A stretch of DNA of 54,411 bases. Source: a virus. Taxonomy: Duplodnaviria > Caudoviricetes. The position numbers were made by a program, and so were the translations under genes. The stretch spans positions 1 through 54,411 of the IMG/VR virus record IMGVR_UViG_3300032329_000297. One strand, 5' to 3'. The notes under the pieces are model-generated. The model had not been told where the DNA came from. It saw only the letters and a program-made list of their open reading frames with translations, and searched no databases. Position 1 is the first letter of the stretch, and every line of letters starts with the position of its first letter. Of the stretch, positions 20,053 to 28,373 are shown piece by piece.

Positions 20053-20194
20053 TGGACCTCCTCATGGCGAGGATGGTGTACCCAATCGACCAGACGCTGG
20101 CCATCATCATGATCTGGAGTTCCTCAGCAAACGCCGAGGCAACAACCAAAATAAACGAGGCAAGCGCTGCCCACTCTTCAATAGTTTCAGGCAT
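20045..20194 (-). CDS. Small membrane protein (49 aa)
   Basis: Translated by hand (MPETIEEWAALASFILVV...); RBS AAGGAG. Confidence 0.55.
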   Translation of the reverse strand: MPETIEEWAALASFILVVASAFAEELQIMMMASVWSIGYTILAMRRSND

Positions 20195-20231
20195 TTCAAT
20201 TCTCCTTCAAGGTTTCGCTGTAATGTTTTGG

Positions 20232-20858
20232 TCAAAATGGAATATCGTCATCCTGTACATCATTGTTCAACGAAGGGGAACGACCACGGCTTGCCCACTC
20301 AGGAGATCCTTGGATCTTTCCCTTAAGGTGATCTGAAAACGACTCAAACAACTCCATATCGGGGTTCTCAAGAGAGAAGATCCCAACAGCGTTGTGGTAC
20401 GGCGGCAGGCCGTTTTTCTTGACTACTGCAGGAACTGGAGTAATAGCGTTGACGTTTGAGTACGTCTTGCCATCGTTACCCTGAGTCTCAATGACACCCA
20501 ACATACACCAGACGCCTAGCAGGTTCTTGAGTTCAAATCCTTTCAGTTCTTCCGGCGTGAACGCCTTGCCGCGCCAAGTAATCAGGTCCTGACGCAGGCG
20601 TGCTTTTTCTCCCAACGACACGGTGTAGTTCTTCGAGATGGTCATTGGCTCGCCATCACGGGTGACCATTTCGTTACCGTCTTCGTCCGCCCCGTGAACT
20701 TCCCACTGGATCATCATCTTGCGTTGATGATTGATCTTGCCTTGGTAGTTGGTCTCCTGCGTGCCCAGATCAACGATCCGGTAGCAACGAGCCAAGTGGG
20801 TTCCCGGAGGTACGGGCTTAAACGAAGACCCTTCACTTGCTTTCACTATGAAACTCAT
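20232..20858 (-). CDS. Single-stranded DNA-binding protein (phage type)
   Basis: P.GTH.ARC..IVDLG N-terminus; acidic DDDIPF tail. Confidence 0.75.
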   Translation of the reverse strand: MSFIVKASEGSSFKPVPPGTHLARCYRIVDLGTQETNYQGKINHQRKMMIQWEVHGADEDGNEMVTRDGEPMTISKNYTVSLGEKARLRQDLITWRGKAFTPEELKGFELKNLLGVWCMLGVIETQGNDGKTYSNVNAITPVPAVVKKNGLPPYHNAVGIFSLENPDMELFESFSDHLKGKIQGSPEWASRGRSPSLNNDVQDDDIPF

Positions 20859-21054
20859 GGTTTTCCTTTATCGATGCGGATTGAAAGTTCACTATCTGCC
20901 GGGCTGCTGCTGCACAGAGCAAGGCCCAGTCTTCTTGGGTTGCAGTCCCTCGCTGAACCCTCCACGCGGCCCACTGTAGGTCGTGCTCCGTTATGTTGGC
21001 GTCATCAAGAATCTGCTGCAACGTGTCCATCACATCTCCCAGAAGAGTCATCAC
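20833..21054 (-). CDS. Hypothetical protein (start probably near 21030)
   Basis: First gene of the leftward operon. Confidence 0.5.
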   Translation of the reverse strand: MMTLLGDVMDTLQQILDDANITEHDLQWAAWRVQRGTATQEDWALLCAAAARQIVNFQSASIKENHEFHSESK

Positions 21055-21115
21055 TGTAACACCATCATTCTGAAGTTACAAGGTCAGTTGCACAGAATCC
21101 AAAACCGTGTAAGAT
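21053..21115. promoter_or_regulatory. Divergent sigma70-like promoters with an inverted-repeat operator
   Basis: Leftward TTGTAA(21081-76)-N17-TACAGT(21058-53); rightward TTGCAC(21088-93)-N16-TAAGAT(21110-15); inverted repeat TGTAAC...GTTACA. Confidence 0.65.
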
Positions 21116-21140
21116 GAAGTTTCACAACAGGGGAAAGCGA

Positions 21141-21344
21141 ATGACTCTACAAGACTACTTTTCAGACAAGGAGCACGGCGCGAAGGCAGCGCTGGCGCGG
21201 GATTTGGGCATCACGAAGACGTGGATGTCGATGGTCATCAACGGCCGCGTCACGCCATCAGCGACGTTGTGCCTTGAGATCGAACGGCGCACCGGCGTGC
21301 GTAGGGAGGTTCTACGGCCAGACTTGTTCGGAGAAATCCTGTGA
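21141..21344 (+). CDS. Cro/YdaS-like HTH regulator
   Basis: LARDLGIT...IER.TGV.R..LRPDLF motif. Confidence 0.85.
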   Translation: MTLQDYFSDKEHGAKAALARDLGITKTWMSMVINGRVTPSATLCLEIERRTGVRREVLRPDLFGEIL

Positions 21345-22063
21345 AGTGGTACAAATTCGCTGCTGCGGAGTACCAGATCAAGACGATCCATCTGTCGGAC
21401 GCTGAGGATCTGGCGTACCGCCGTTTGCTTGACATGGCCTACTTGAGCGAGAAGCCAATCCCGTTGGACTGCAACCTTGTATCCCGCCGGGTCAGGATCG
21501 ATCAGGACATCGTCGAGCAGGTGCTCAATGAGTTCTTTGAGAGGACCGAACAGGGCTTCCGCAATCGCCGGGTGGAGGAGGAAATTCAGGCCTACCAGAC
21601 CATCATTGACCGCAACCTGAAGGGCACAAAAGCAGCCGCAGAAAAGGCAGCAGAGCGTGCCGCGCAGGGGCTAAAAAGAAGGTCTCCACGAACCATAAAC
21701 GAACCATCAAGGAACCATGATGGTATCCATGAAGGAAGTGCCAAAAACGATACCGCGAACCTTGAAGGCATCCAGAATAAGAATAAGAATTCAATCCCCC
21801 CTACCCCCCTTGCGGGGGGCTTCGACCGCTTTTGGTCAGTCTGGCCAACGTCACCGAGGAAGGTGGGCAAGGCGTGGTGCGTGGGGTACTGGATCAAGAA
21901 CCAGTTGGACGAGAAAACGGACCAGATCGTGGCTCACGTCGAGTCCTTGAAAAACACGACCCAGTGGCTATCGGGATATGACCCCGCGCCCAAAACCTAC
22001 CTCAACCAACGTCGCTGGCTGGACGGCGATGCCCCAAAATCCCCTATGCGGAGGCTTGTATGA
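21341..22063 (+). CDS. Replication initiator (YdaU/DUF1376 family)
   Basis: HLS..EDLAYRRLLD..Y.E.P N-terminus; F..FW..WP and P.TYLNQRRW C-terminus. Confidence 0.85.
   Translation: MKWYKFAAAEYQIKTIHLSDAEDLAYRRLLDMAYLSEKPIPLDCNLVSRRVRIDQDIVEQVLNEFFERTEQGFRNRRVEEEIQAYQTIIDRNLKGTKAAAEKAAERAAQGLKRRSPRTINEPSRNHDGIHEGSAKNDTANLEGIQNKNKNSIPPTPLAGGFDRFWSVWPTSPRKVGKAWCVGYWIKNQLDEKTDQIVAHVESLKNTTQWLSGYDPAPKTYLNQRRWLDGDAPKSPMRRLV
21688..21820 (+). promoter_or_regulatory. Putative replication origin inside the initiator gene
   Basis: 11-bp iterons ACGAACCATAA/ACGAACCATCA/AGGAACCATGA/TGGTATCCATGA, then an AT-rich AGAATA repeat and a CCCCC/GGGGG hairpin; lambdoid-like layout. Confidence 0.65.
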
Positions 22064-22473
22064 GGTTTTCAGACCTTCTTGGTAGGGTAGATAAGGTCCG
22101 GGGTAAGAACGGCCGTTATACGGCCTCCTGTCCGGCTCACGAAGACAAGAGTCCATCGTTGGCTTTGCGTGAACTTGACGATGGCCGGATCCTCATCCAC
22201 TGCTTTGGCGGGTGCTCAACAGATGCGGTGCTGGGAGCGATCGGGTTGGAACTTACCGACCTATTCCCGGAGAAGCTGGAGTCCGCCCACGCTCCCATCC
22301 GTAACCCGTTTTCGGCGGCTGACCTCTTGCGGATCATCCACATGGAGACCCTGATTGTGAACCTCTGCGCTGAGGATCTCAGTCGCGGGATATCGATCAC
22401 ACACTCCGATCGTGAGCGGCTCAAACTGGCCACAGAACGCATTTCAGAAGCAGCGAGGTACGCAAATGTCTGA
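22060..22473 (+). CDS. Primase zinc-binding domain protein (CHC2-like)
   Basis: CPAHED..PSL...HCFGGC motif. Confidence 0.8.
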   Translation: MRFSDLLGRVDKVRGKNGRYTASCPAHEDKSPSLALRELDDGRILIHCFGGCSTDAVLGAIGLELTDLFPEKLESAHAPIRNPFSAADLLRIIHMETLIVNLCAEDLSRGISITHSDRERLKLATERISEAARYANV

Positions 22474-23449
22474 CATCGAGAAAAGGGCGCAGGCGCTCGA
22501 CGAGGCACGCCGGGTTCGCCTAGTGAAGTCCGGTGACATTGACGTAGATCGCTACGCCAAGCCGAGCGAGATCAGCCAGCAGGTCAAAGAAGCCAGCGAG
22601 TGGTTGTTGGAGATTGCGCAGGATTATGAGTCGCCAGATCGCACGCCAAAGGTTTACCTGCCGTGGGAGAAGACCAAGGACAAGTTTGGGTTCCGACCCG
22701 GCGAGGTGACGATCTACGCCGGCTCAAATGGAGGTGGTAAGTCTCTGGCCACCGGGCAGATTGCGTTGGGTCTCATCCAGCAGAACCAAAAAGTTTGCAT
22801 CGCCAGTTTTGAGATGAAGCCTAAGCGAACGTTGGGTCGGATGCTACGGCAATTTGCCGGGTTCAACCTTGATGGTCCGGGGTTTGATCACCTTGAGAAG
22901 GTCACTCGATCGATTGTGGACTTTGGCATTTGGTCTGACGGTTATCTGTGGCTTTACGACCAACAGGGTTCGGTTAACGCCCGGCAGGTTGTGGCCATGA
23001 CCCGGTACTGCGCGGTCGAGTTGGGGATACAGCACGTCTTCATCGACAGCCTGATGAAGTGCGTATCCGCGGAGGACGCTTACAACGAGCAGAAAGGGTT
23101 CGTCGATGAACTTTGCGCAGTGGCCAGAGATCACAACATCCACGTTCATCTGGTGCATCACATTCGTAAGGCATCAAGCGAAGAGGTGATGCCCAACAAA
23201 TTTGACATCAAAGGCACGGGCAGCATCACCGATCAAGTGGACAACGTATTCCTGTGGTGGAGGAATAAGAAGAAGGAGCACCAACTACAGGCCAACGATA
23301 CGGTCGATGTGCTGGCACCGGACGCAATCATGATGTGTGAGAAACAGAGGAACGGAGAGGACGAGTCGTGGTTTTCAATGTTCTACGACAAAGAGTCTCA
23401 GCAATTCACAGAAATTAATAACGCAGGAGCAATGAAATGGTCGAGATAA
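22466..23449 (+). CDS. dnaB: DnaB-like SF4 replicative helicase
   Basis: Walker A GSNGGGKS; FEM; IDSL; HIRK; KGTGSI; KQRNG. Confidence 0.9.
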   Translation: MSDIEKRAQALDEARRVRLVKSGDIDVDRYAKPSEISQQVKEASEWLLEIAQDYESPDRTPKVYLPWEKTKDKFGFRPGEVTIYAGSNGGGKSLATGQIALGLIQQNQKVCIASFEMKPKRTLGRMLRQFAGFNLDGPGFDHLEKVTRSIVDFGIWSDGYLWLYDQQGSVNARQVVAMTRYCAVELGIQHVFIDSLMKCVSAEDAYNEQKGFVDELCAVARDHNIHVHLVHHIRKASSEEVMPNKFDIKGTGSITDQVDNVFLWWRNKKKEHQLQANDTVDVLAPDAIMMCEKQRNGEDESWFSMFYDKESQQFTEINNAGAMKWSR

Positions 23450-23781
23450 CGTTACCGTGGCCACCAAGCCTCAATACCTATTGGCGCAACTTTCAGGGTC
23501 GGATGATTTTGTCGGAGAAAGGCCGGATATACCGACAATCAGTAATGGAGCAGTGCCTGCTGCAGCGGGTGGATACGTTTACTGGTCCGATTAAAATGGA
23601 GATCGTAGCGTTCCGCCCGGACAACAGAAAGCGCGATCTTGATAATTTGCTAAAGGCCGCATTAGACGGAATGGCAAAGGCCCTTGTTTATGAGGACGAC
23701 TCGCAGATCCGGGACTTGCGTATCAGGTGGGCGGACACGATCGGTGGAATGTTGAAAATCAAAATTGAGGTAATACAGTGA
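23437..23781 (+). CDS. rusA: RusA Holliday junction resolvase
   Basis: LPWPPS.N; PD.RKRDLDN..KA..D; DDSQI. Confidence 0.92.
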   Translation: MVEITLPWPPSLNTYWRNFQGRMILSEKGRIYRQSVMEQCLLQRVDTFTGPIKMEIVAFRPDNRKRDLDNLLKAALDGMAKALVYEDDSQIRDLRIRWADTIGGMLKIKIEVIQ

Positions 23782-24104
23782 AGCACGACCCAAACGAAGC
23801 GATCGAGTACATCTTCAGGTTTGGCAAGGCATATGCCAAGGCCAAGGCCGAGCGGACCTACATTGAGGAGTACCGCAAGTCTCTCAAGGCAATCCTGATG
23901 AAGCGCAGCATTGAGATGGCGGTCAACGCTCAGGAGCGGGATGCGTATTCCAATTCAGAGTACATTGAACTTCTCAAGGGGCTCAGGGCGGCCGTTGAGA
24001 CTGAAGAAGAGATAAGGTGGGGTTTAGTGGCGGCGCAAGCCAGAATCGACGTGTGGCGCAGCCAAGAGGCATCAGCACGTCAAGAAGTGAGGGCAACGAT
24101 ATGA
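23778..24104 (+). CDS. Conserved helical phage protein
   Basis: Coupled ORF; QERDAY...IDVWRS. Confidence 0.65.
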   Translation: MKHDPNEAIEYIFRFGKAYAKAKAERTYIEEYRKSLKAILMKRSIEMAVNAQERDAYSNSEYIELLKGLRAAVETEEEIRWGLVAAQARIDVWRSQEASARQEVRATI

Positions 24105-24292
24105 ACAAGCAGAAATCGTGGCGAGATTGGTGGGCAATCGTTCACGGCAAGAACACACCGGCTGGGTCGTACAACCCTCTCGAAGGGCATATGTGGGAGT
24201 CGTGGTCTGCGGGCTGGGATGCGGCACAGAAGGAAAAGGTCTGTTGTAACGGCAACTGCAATCAAGGACGAGAATGCCCAGCGAGGGATTGA
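24101..24292 (+). CDS. Hypothetical protein with C-terminal CNQGRECPAR motif
   Basis: ATG 24101 coupled. Confidence 0.6.
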   Translation: MNKQKSWRDWWAIVHGKNTPAGSYNPLEGHMWESWSAGWDAAQKEKVCCNGNCNQGRECPARD

Positions 24293-24441
24293 AGCCGGCC
24301 CCGGCCAACTGTCAGCAGTGCCGGGTCAGGCTGGCAGTTCATAAAGTACCGACGCAGAAGGGCGACACCTTCCGTTGGAAATGTAAAACTTGTTTTGAGA
24401 GGAGCGCATCAAGTGGATTCAAAGACAAAGCAATTGGATGA
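24289..24441 (+). CDS. Small zinc-finger protein (CQQC...CKTC)
   Basis: Translated by hand from TTG 24289. Confidence 0.45.
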   Translation: MKPAPANCQQCRVRLAVHKVPTQKGDTFRWKCKTCFERSASSGFKDKAIG

Positions 24442-24649
24442 AATTATCGAGATGGCGCGGGAGGCTGGGATTCCGGGGGCGTGGGACTTAAATTGGTTTG
24501 ACCCATATCTTGAACGCTTTGCTGCGCTTGTCGCCGCGCATGAGAGGGAGGAGTGCGCCAAGTTGTGTGACCTCCATGTTGGTATTTGGATTATCCCTGC
24601 CGGACCTGCTCAGTGCGCCGCCGCTATTAGAAGAAGGGGAGTTAAATGA
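24413..24649 (+). CDS. Hypothetical protein (IIEMAREAG...LERFAALV family)
   Basis: Recurrent small-protein motif of nin-like regions. Confidence 0.65.
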   Translation: MDSKTKQLDEIIEMAREAGIPGAWDLNWFDPYLERFAALVAAHEREECAKLCDLHVGIWIIPAGPAQCAAAIRRRGVK

Positions 24650-24744
24650 CAATCGTTGATTTCTTAGAATCCCATTTCTGGGCTTTGTGGTGGTTGGTCG
24701 TTTGGGCTTTTATTTGTATTGCAGGACGGGAGATCAAAAAATGA
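24646..24744 (+). CDS. Tiny W-rich membrane peptide (32 aa)
   Basis: ATGA-coupled at both ends; RBS GGGGAG. Confidence 0.45.
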   Translation: MTIVDFLESHFWALWWLVVWAFICIAGREIKK

Positions 24745-24938
24745 CTGACTACGAACGCGGGTTTGAGCATGGCAAAGCAGCCGCAATACAAAGGATTCAT
24801 TTAGAAACTTTGCTGGCGCAACCAGCGCCTGTTCAAGTGTCACCGTTGGAGTTTGTGACGGCGGTACTTGAGAAAGAGCACTTGGTTGGCAAACCACTTA
24901 TATGGGCGCTATGGCCCAACGAGGAGAAGAACACATGA
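24741..24938 (+). CDS. Hypothetical protein
   Basis: ATG 24741 after GGAG. Confidence 0.55.
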   Translation: MTDYERGFEHGKAAAIQRIHLETLLAQPAPVQVSPLEFVTAVLEKEHLVGKPLIWALWPNEEKNT

Positions 24939-25234
24939 TGTACGGATTTAGCACCGAGTCCAACGGTATAGAAGAACACCCAATTGAATTCACAAGCCAT
25001 GTGATGGTTGGGGCCAATCCAGATACTGCGCATGGGGGTTGGGACACTGAGCATGAAGCGGCGTGGTTCTTTGCAAAGCACATGGAGGAAGTGCTTAAAG
25101 ACGCGCAAGGCAAACTGCTGTTTGTTCGCCGTTCGCCTGTGCTTGAATGCCATCACTCGTTCGACAGAGACAAACCTATTTACGCCATGATTGGCAGGTT
25201 TTCAATTGGTCAACTTAAGGAGAAGAACACATGA
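24935..25234 (+). CDS. Hypothetical protein
   Basis: RBS GAGGAG; coupled. Confidence 0.6.
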   Translation: MMYGFSTESNGIEEHPIEFTSHVMVGANPDTAHGGWDTEHEAAWFFAKHMEEVLKDAQGKLLFVRRSPVLECHHSFDRDKPIYAMIGRFSIGQLKEKNT

Positions 25235-25425
25235 GGTGGCTTTTGCTTTGCCTTCCCCTGTTTGGATGCGGACCAACCTGTACAGAGCAAGGCGGCAAAG
25301 TGGTTCAAAAAGGGGAATACTATGTGTGGCAATGGATTGATATGCAGAAGGGGATTGGTTATATGCAACCGTACCCAAACTATGTTTGTGTAAAGGAGAA
25401 AACAAATGAAACCGTACGCAACTGA
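25231..25425 (+). CDS. Small lipoprotein
   Basis: Signal peptide MRWLLLCLPLFG|C with lipobox. Confidence 0.65.
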   Translation: MRWLLLCLPLFGCGPTCTEQGGKVVQKGEYYVWQWIDMQKGIGYMQPYPNYVCVKEKTNETVRN

Positions 25426-25612
25426 AGTTGAATTCCTGCGGGATGAAGTGGAGAAGTGCCACGCATAGATGCACTCACAGATTGAGACTCTCAAACTGCT
25501 AATGGAAGCCCACTTAAAGTTGAAACAAAAGAATGAAGCAGACGCGGCTGATGCGTACCAGAAAGGCTGGGATGACGCAATGCTTCGCAATAGTTTGGAG
25601 AAAAACACATGA
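25406..25612 (+). pseudogene. ORF interrupted by an in-frame TAG at 25466-25468
   Basis: Strong RBS AAGGAG, 20 codons, TAG, then 47 more in-frame codons to a coupled TGA. Confidence 0.5.
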
Positions 25613-25893
25613 GAGAACTTGTACTTGACATCATCCGGTCGCGTGGCGAGATGGCCACAATCGACATCAAGATGCCCAACGTGAACCGCAGGACTCTGTC
25701 GAGTTGCCTGATCCGCCTATGCGACGCAGGCGTACTGCGTAGGCGATCGGTGGAAGGCCCCCGCGGGGAAATGTGGATGTATAGCATCGTTGACGACACC
25801 GGCCCGTACCTGCGTGGAGAGCCGGACTACGCTTATTTTTTACGAACCTTGGGGAAGACAAATGAATCCGAATGTGTCGCAAGTGATTACTGA
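25609..25893 (+). CDS. Winged-helix-like hypothetical protein
   Basis: Helix-turn-helix-like spacing, L.RL.D.G.L.R. Confidence 0.5.
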   Translation: MRELVLDIIRSRGEMATIDIKMPNVNRRTLSSCLIRLCDAGVLRRRSVEGPRGEMWMYSIVDDTGPYLRGEPDYAYFLRTLGKTNESECVASDY

Positions 25894-26026
25894 GATCTTG
25901 ATCATGGCCAGACAACTGCAGGAGGTAAGTGCTAGTAGCGGGAAGGAGAAGGAGATTTTTGAGGGCCTGTTCCGGATCGGTCAGGCGGCCTACGCCGGGA
26001 TGTCGGAAATTAAGCGTGACAAGTGA
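25862..26026 (+). CDS. Hypothetical protein
   Basis: ATG 25862 after GGGGAAG. Confidence 0.45.
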   Translation: MNPNVSQVITEILIMARQLQEVSASSGKEKEIFEGLFRIGQAAYAGMSEIKRDK

Positions 26027-26297
26027 GGAGAAGCGCCACCTGAACAGGGTGGCATCCCTCGGTTGTATGGTGTGCCGCAGGCTCCACGGCCCCCATGATC
26101 CGGGGCCTGTAGAGATACACCACAAACGGGCCGGCACGGGGGCTGGCAGGCGCTCCAGTCACTTCGATGCGTTCGGTCTGTGCATAGAGCACCACCGAGG
26201 GAATACGGGCGTACACGGGCTGGGAACCAAGGGGTTCGTAAAACACTACGGGTTCGATGAGGCTGATCTGCTGCAGGACGTGCGCGATCTTCTGTAG
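26016..26297 (+). CDS. Ref-like (RecA-dependent) HNH-type nuclease
   Basis: HL.RVA.LGC.VC...EIHH.R.G.G...LC.EHHRG.TG.HG. Confidence 0.82.
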   Translation: MTSEEKRHLNRVASLGCMVCRRLHGPHDPGPVEIHHKRAGTGAGRRSSHFDAFGLCIEHHRGNTGVHGLGTKGFVKHYGFDEADLLQDVRDLL

Positions 26298-26312
26298 GTG
26301 TTTTCCATACAT

Positions 26313-26363
26313 CTAAAACATTTTCGCAAATTGTTTGCACAGAAATATTTTCTGTGGCAATAT
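26313..26363 (+). promoter_or_regulatory. Early promoter module 1
   Basis: CTAAAACATTTT UP-like tract; TTGCAC(26335)-N17-TGn-CAATAT(26358). Confidence 0.7.
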
Positions 26364-26411
26364 TCGTTCATGCGCTGCACGTCGCAGCGTTCTACAGCGA
26401 AGGAAGTGACC

Positions 26412-26699
26412 ATGAACCAAGCAGACCTCAAACTGAACCAAGCAGATCAACTCGGCCTTCTGTTGGCCCAGATCGCTGACCTGCAGGCGCAGGCTGACCA
26501 GATCAAGGATGCGCTGAAAGATGACGCATCAGCAGGTGGCGCCAAGGTTGTCGAGGGCGAGTTGTACAAGGCGACCTACTCCGAGTCCAACCGCACCACC
26601 TTCGACTCCAAGTCTTTCATTAAGGAGTTCGGGCAGGACCTCTACAACAAGTACACCAAAGTGTCTGCGGTCTTCTCGATCCGCGTCACCAGCCGCTAA
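26412..26699 (+). CDS. Conserved early coiled-coil protein
   Basis: ATG 26412 after ACAGCGAAGGA; D.LG.L.AQIA.L...IKDAL..G..Y.AT. Confidence 0.7.
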   Translation: MNQADLKLNQADQLGLLLAQIADLQAQADQIKDALKDDASAGGAKVVEGELYKATYSESNRTTFDSKSFIKEFGQDLYNKYTKVSAVFSIRVTSR

Positions 26700-26711
26700 T
26701 CAGGAGCCAGC

Positions 26712-26918
26712 ATGAGCAAGACACTTAACAATCTGTTGGCCAAACGCGACTGGATTGCACACATTGACGATGAGCGGTCAGAAGGCAACAGCATCATCGT
26801 GACCTTAAAGCCTGATTGGTTTTTTGTCCTAGAGAACCGCGGCGGAGTGCGTGGTTTTGACAATGTCCAAGAAGCAGAAGAAGGCACCCGCAAAGGTGCT
26901 GTGTACAAAACAAAATAA
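26712..26918 (+). CDS. Early hypothetical protein
   Basis: RBS AGGAG. Confidence 0.65.
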   Translation: MSKTLNNLLAKRDWIAHIDDERSEGNSIIVTLKPDWFFVLENRGGVRGFDNVQEAEEGTRKGAVYKTK

Positions 26919-26962
26919 ACCAACCGCCCCCTACGGGGGGCACCACAGCGAAGGAGCAAACC

Positions 26963-27148
26963 ATGATCAATCTCGATATCCACCAAGTCGAAAGCATTGA
27001 AGTAGTAAGCCGGGTTTTCGATAAGTTCAACGTCTACGAATTTGCCTTCACGGACAAAGACGGCCGCCGGGTAACAGTGAAGGCGTTCACTCAGGGGCAG
27101 GAGCCATTGCATATCCAGCGTATGCCGAAGGAAGACCACCGCAAGTAA
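26963..27148 (+). CDS. Early hypothetical protein
   Basis: Follows hairpin repeat plus RBS. Confidence 0.65.
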   Translation: MINLDIHQVESIEVVSRVFDKFNVYEFAFTDKDGRRVTVKAFTQGQEPLHIQRMPKEDHRK

Positions 27149-27189
27149 TTTTCAACCGCCCCTACGGGGGCACCACAGAGGAGGCCATT

Positions 27190-27468
27190 ATGGCAACGTA
27201 CGCAGAACTTAAAGCGCAGGCCGAGGCGCTGATCAAGCAGGCTCAAGAAGCACGCAAGCAGGAAAACCGGGAACTCATCATTGAGTTGCGCGAAGTAATT
27301 CGCGAGAACGGAATCACTGCAGAGCAGTTGGGGTTTGCCTCGGCAGGCAAGGGAAGCCGTGCAAAGGTCCCGGCAAAGTACCGGGATCCGCTATCGGGGA
27401 AGACGTGGTCAGGCCGCGGACGCACCCCGCTGTGGCTCGACGGCCCACGGGAGGCATATGCCATATGA
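27190..27468 (+). CDS. hns: H-NS family nucleoid protein (Bv3F-like)
   Basis: N-terminal coiled coil; C-terminal PAKYRDP.SG.TWSGRGR.P.W signature. Confidence 0.93.
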   Translation: MATYAELKAQAEALIKQAQEARKQENRELIIELREVIRENGITAEQLGFASAGKGSRAKVPAKYRDPLSGKTWSGRGRTPLWLDGPREAYAI

Positions 27469-27626
27469 AGAGTGAATACCACTACGGGATGGACGCGGGT
27501 GAGGCCCTGATCATTGCTGAGATTGAGAGGCTTGCTGGCGGGGCAGAGACCCCAGAAGAGCAGGCCATCCTGATCAGTCTGCTCAACCACCTGACCATCA
27601 AGTATCCAGAGCCGGAGTCAGTCTAA
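27465..27626 (+). CDS. Hypothetical protein
   Basis: ATG 27465 coupled to the H-NS stop. Confidence 0.55.
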   Translation: MKSEYHYGMDAGEALIIAEIERLAGGAETPEEQAILISLLNHLTIKYPEPESV

Positions 27627-27673
27627 AAATATTTTTACCAAAAGGGGTTGCGAGCCCCTTTTTTGTGTATACT
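27623..27673 (+). promoter_or_regulatory. Terminator/promoter module 2
   Basis: CTAAAAATATTTTTACCAAA, hairpin AAAAGGGG...CCCCTTTT plus T-run, TATACT at 27668. Confidence 0.6.
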
Positions 27674-27717
27674 GACTTCACTGCACTACAGCAGCAACAG
27701 CGAATCAGGAGCGAACC

Positions 27718-27954
27718 ATGAACTACGACAACCTCTACGACGTAAGCGCCGAGTCCCCCTTCAGCGCAGGCTTCGATGACTTCCCTGCCACCGAGGACAA
27801 CAAGACCTACCTCGTCGAGCAGTTTGTGACCTACCAAAACGCAGTGGCGTTCGAGGGCATGAGCATTGAGTGGCTGGCCAAGCAGATCGGTTTCGATGCT
27901 GACTACTGGGCCACCGAGTTTGTAGCTGACGAACTCGAAGAACTTCTGAAGTAA
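27718..27954 (+). CDS. Acidic early protein
   Basis: About 17 D/E versus 3 K in 78 aa; RBS AGGAG. Confidence 0.65.
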   Translation: MNYDNLYDVSAESPFSAGFDDFPATEDNKTYLVEQFVTYQNAVAFEGMSIEWLAKQIGFDADYWATEFVADELEELLK

Positions 27955-27994
27955 ACCCAACGGCCCCTACGGGGGCCTCTACAGCGAGGTAACA

Positions 27995-28198
27995 GTGAAC
28001 TACATCAACAAACTACAACGTGACCGCGGCGAGGCCACAGAGCGCGTTCTGGCCATGAAAGACCGGATCGAGGAACTCCGGGCCCACCTGCAGAGCAGCA
28101 AGTTCGGACCGCAGGCGGACGGCAGCCGCGGGGATTGGATGAGCACCACAGACATTCAGCGCTGGCTGCGCTACATCGAGGAGGAGCCTGATGCGTAA
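27995..28198 (+). CDS. Early hypothetical protein
   Basis: Follows hairpin repeat plus ACAGCGAGGT. Confidence 0.6.
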   Translation: MNYINKLQRDRGEATERVLAMKDRIEELRAHLQSSKFGPQADGSRGDWMSTTDIQRWLRYIEEEPDA

Positions 28199-28373
28199 GC
28201 GTAACCCGGTAGTCCGGGACCTGATCCAGCGGCCTCCACGAGGGGCCGGTAAGCACCGCGATCGTCGCAGTGAGGTGCAAAAAAGAGACGCTGATCGAGA
28301 AACTAAAAATATTTTTTCCAAAACCCCGCACAAGGGGTTTTTTTGTGCCAATATCTGTCTGCGGTCACTTTGA
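28191..28373 (+). CDS. Small basic protein (RNPV..DL...GAGKH.D motif)
   Basis: RBS GAGGAG; its 3' end runs through promoter module 3. Confidence 0.5.
   Translation: MRKRNPVVRDLIQRPPRGAGKHRDRRSEVQKRDADRETKNIFSKTPHKGFFCANICLRSL
28303..28354 (+). promoter_or_regulatory. Terminator/promoter module 3
   Basis: CTAAAAATATTTTTTCCAAA, hairpin AAAACCCC...GGGGTTTT, TGn-CAATAT at 28349. Confidence 0.6.

Noticed and set aside
25466-25468. Genome-wide amber recoding
   Set aside because: Core genes are intact in the standard code, TAG ends normal genes, and no suppressor tRNA is present
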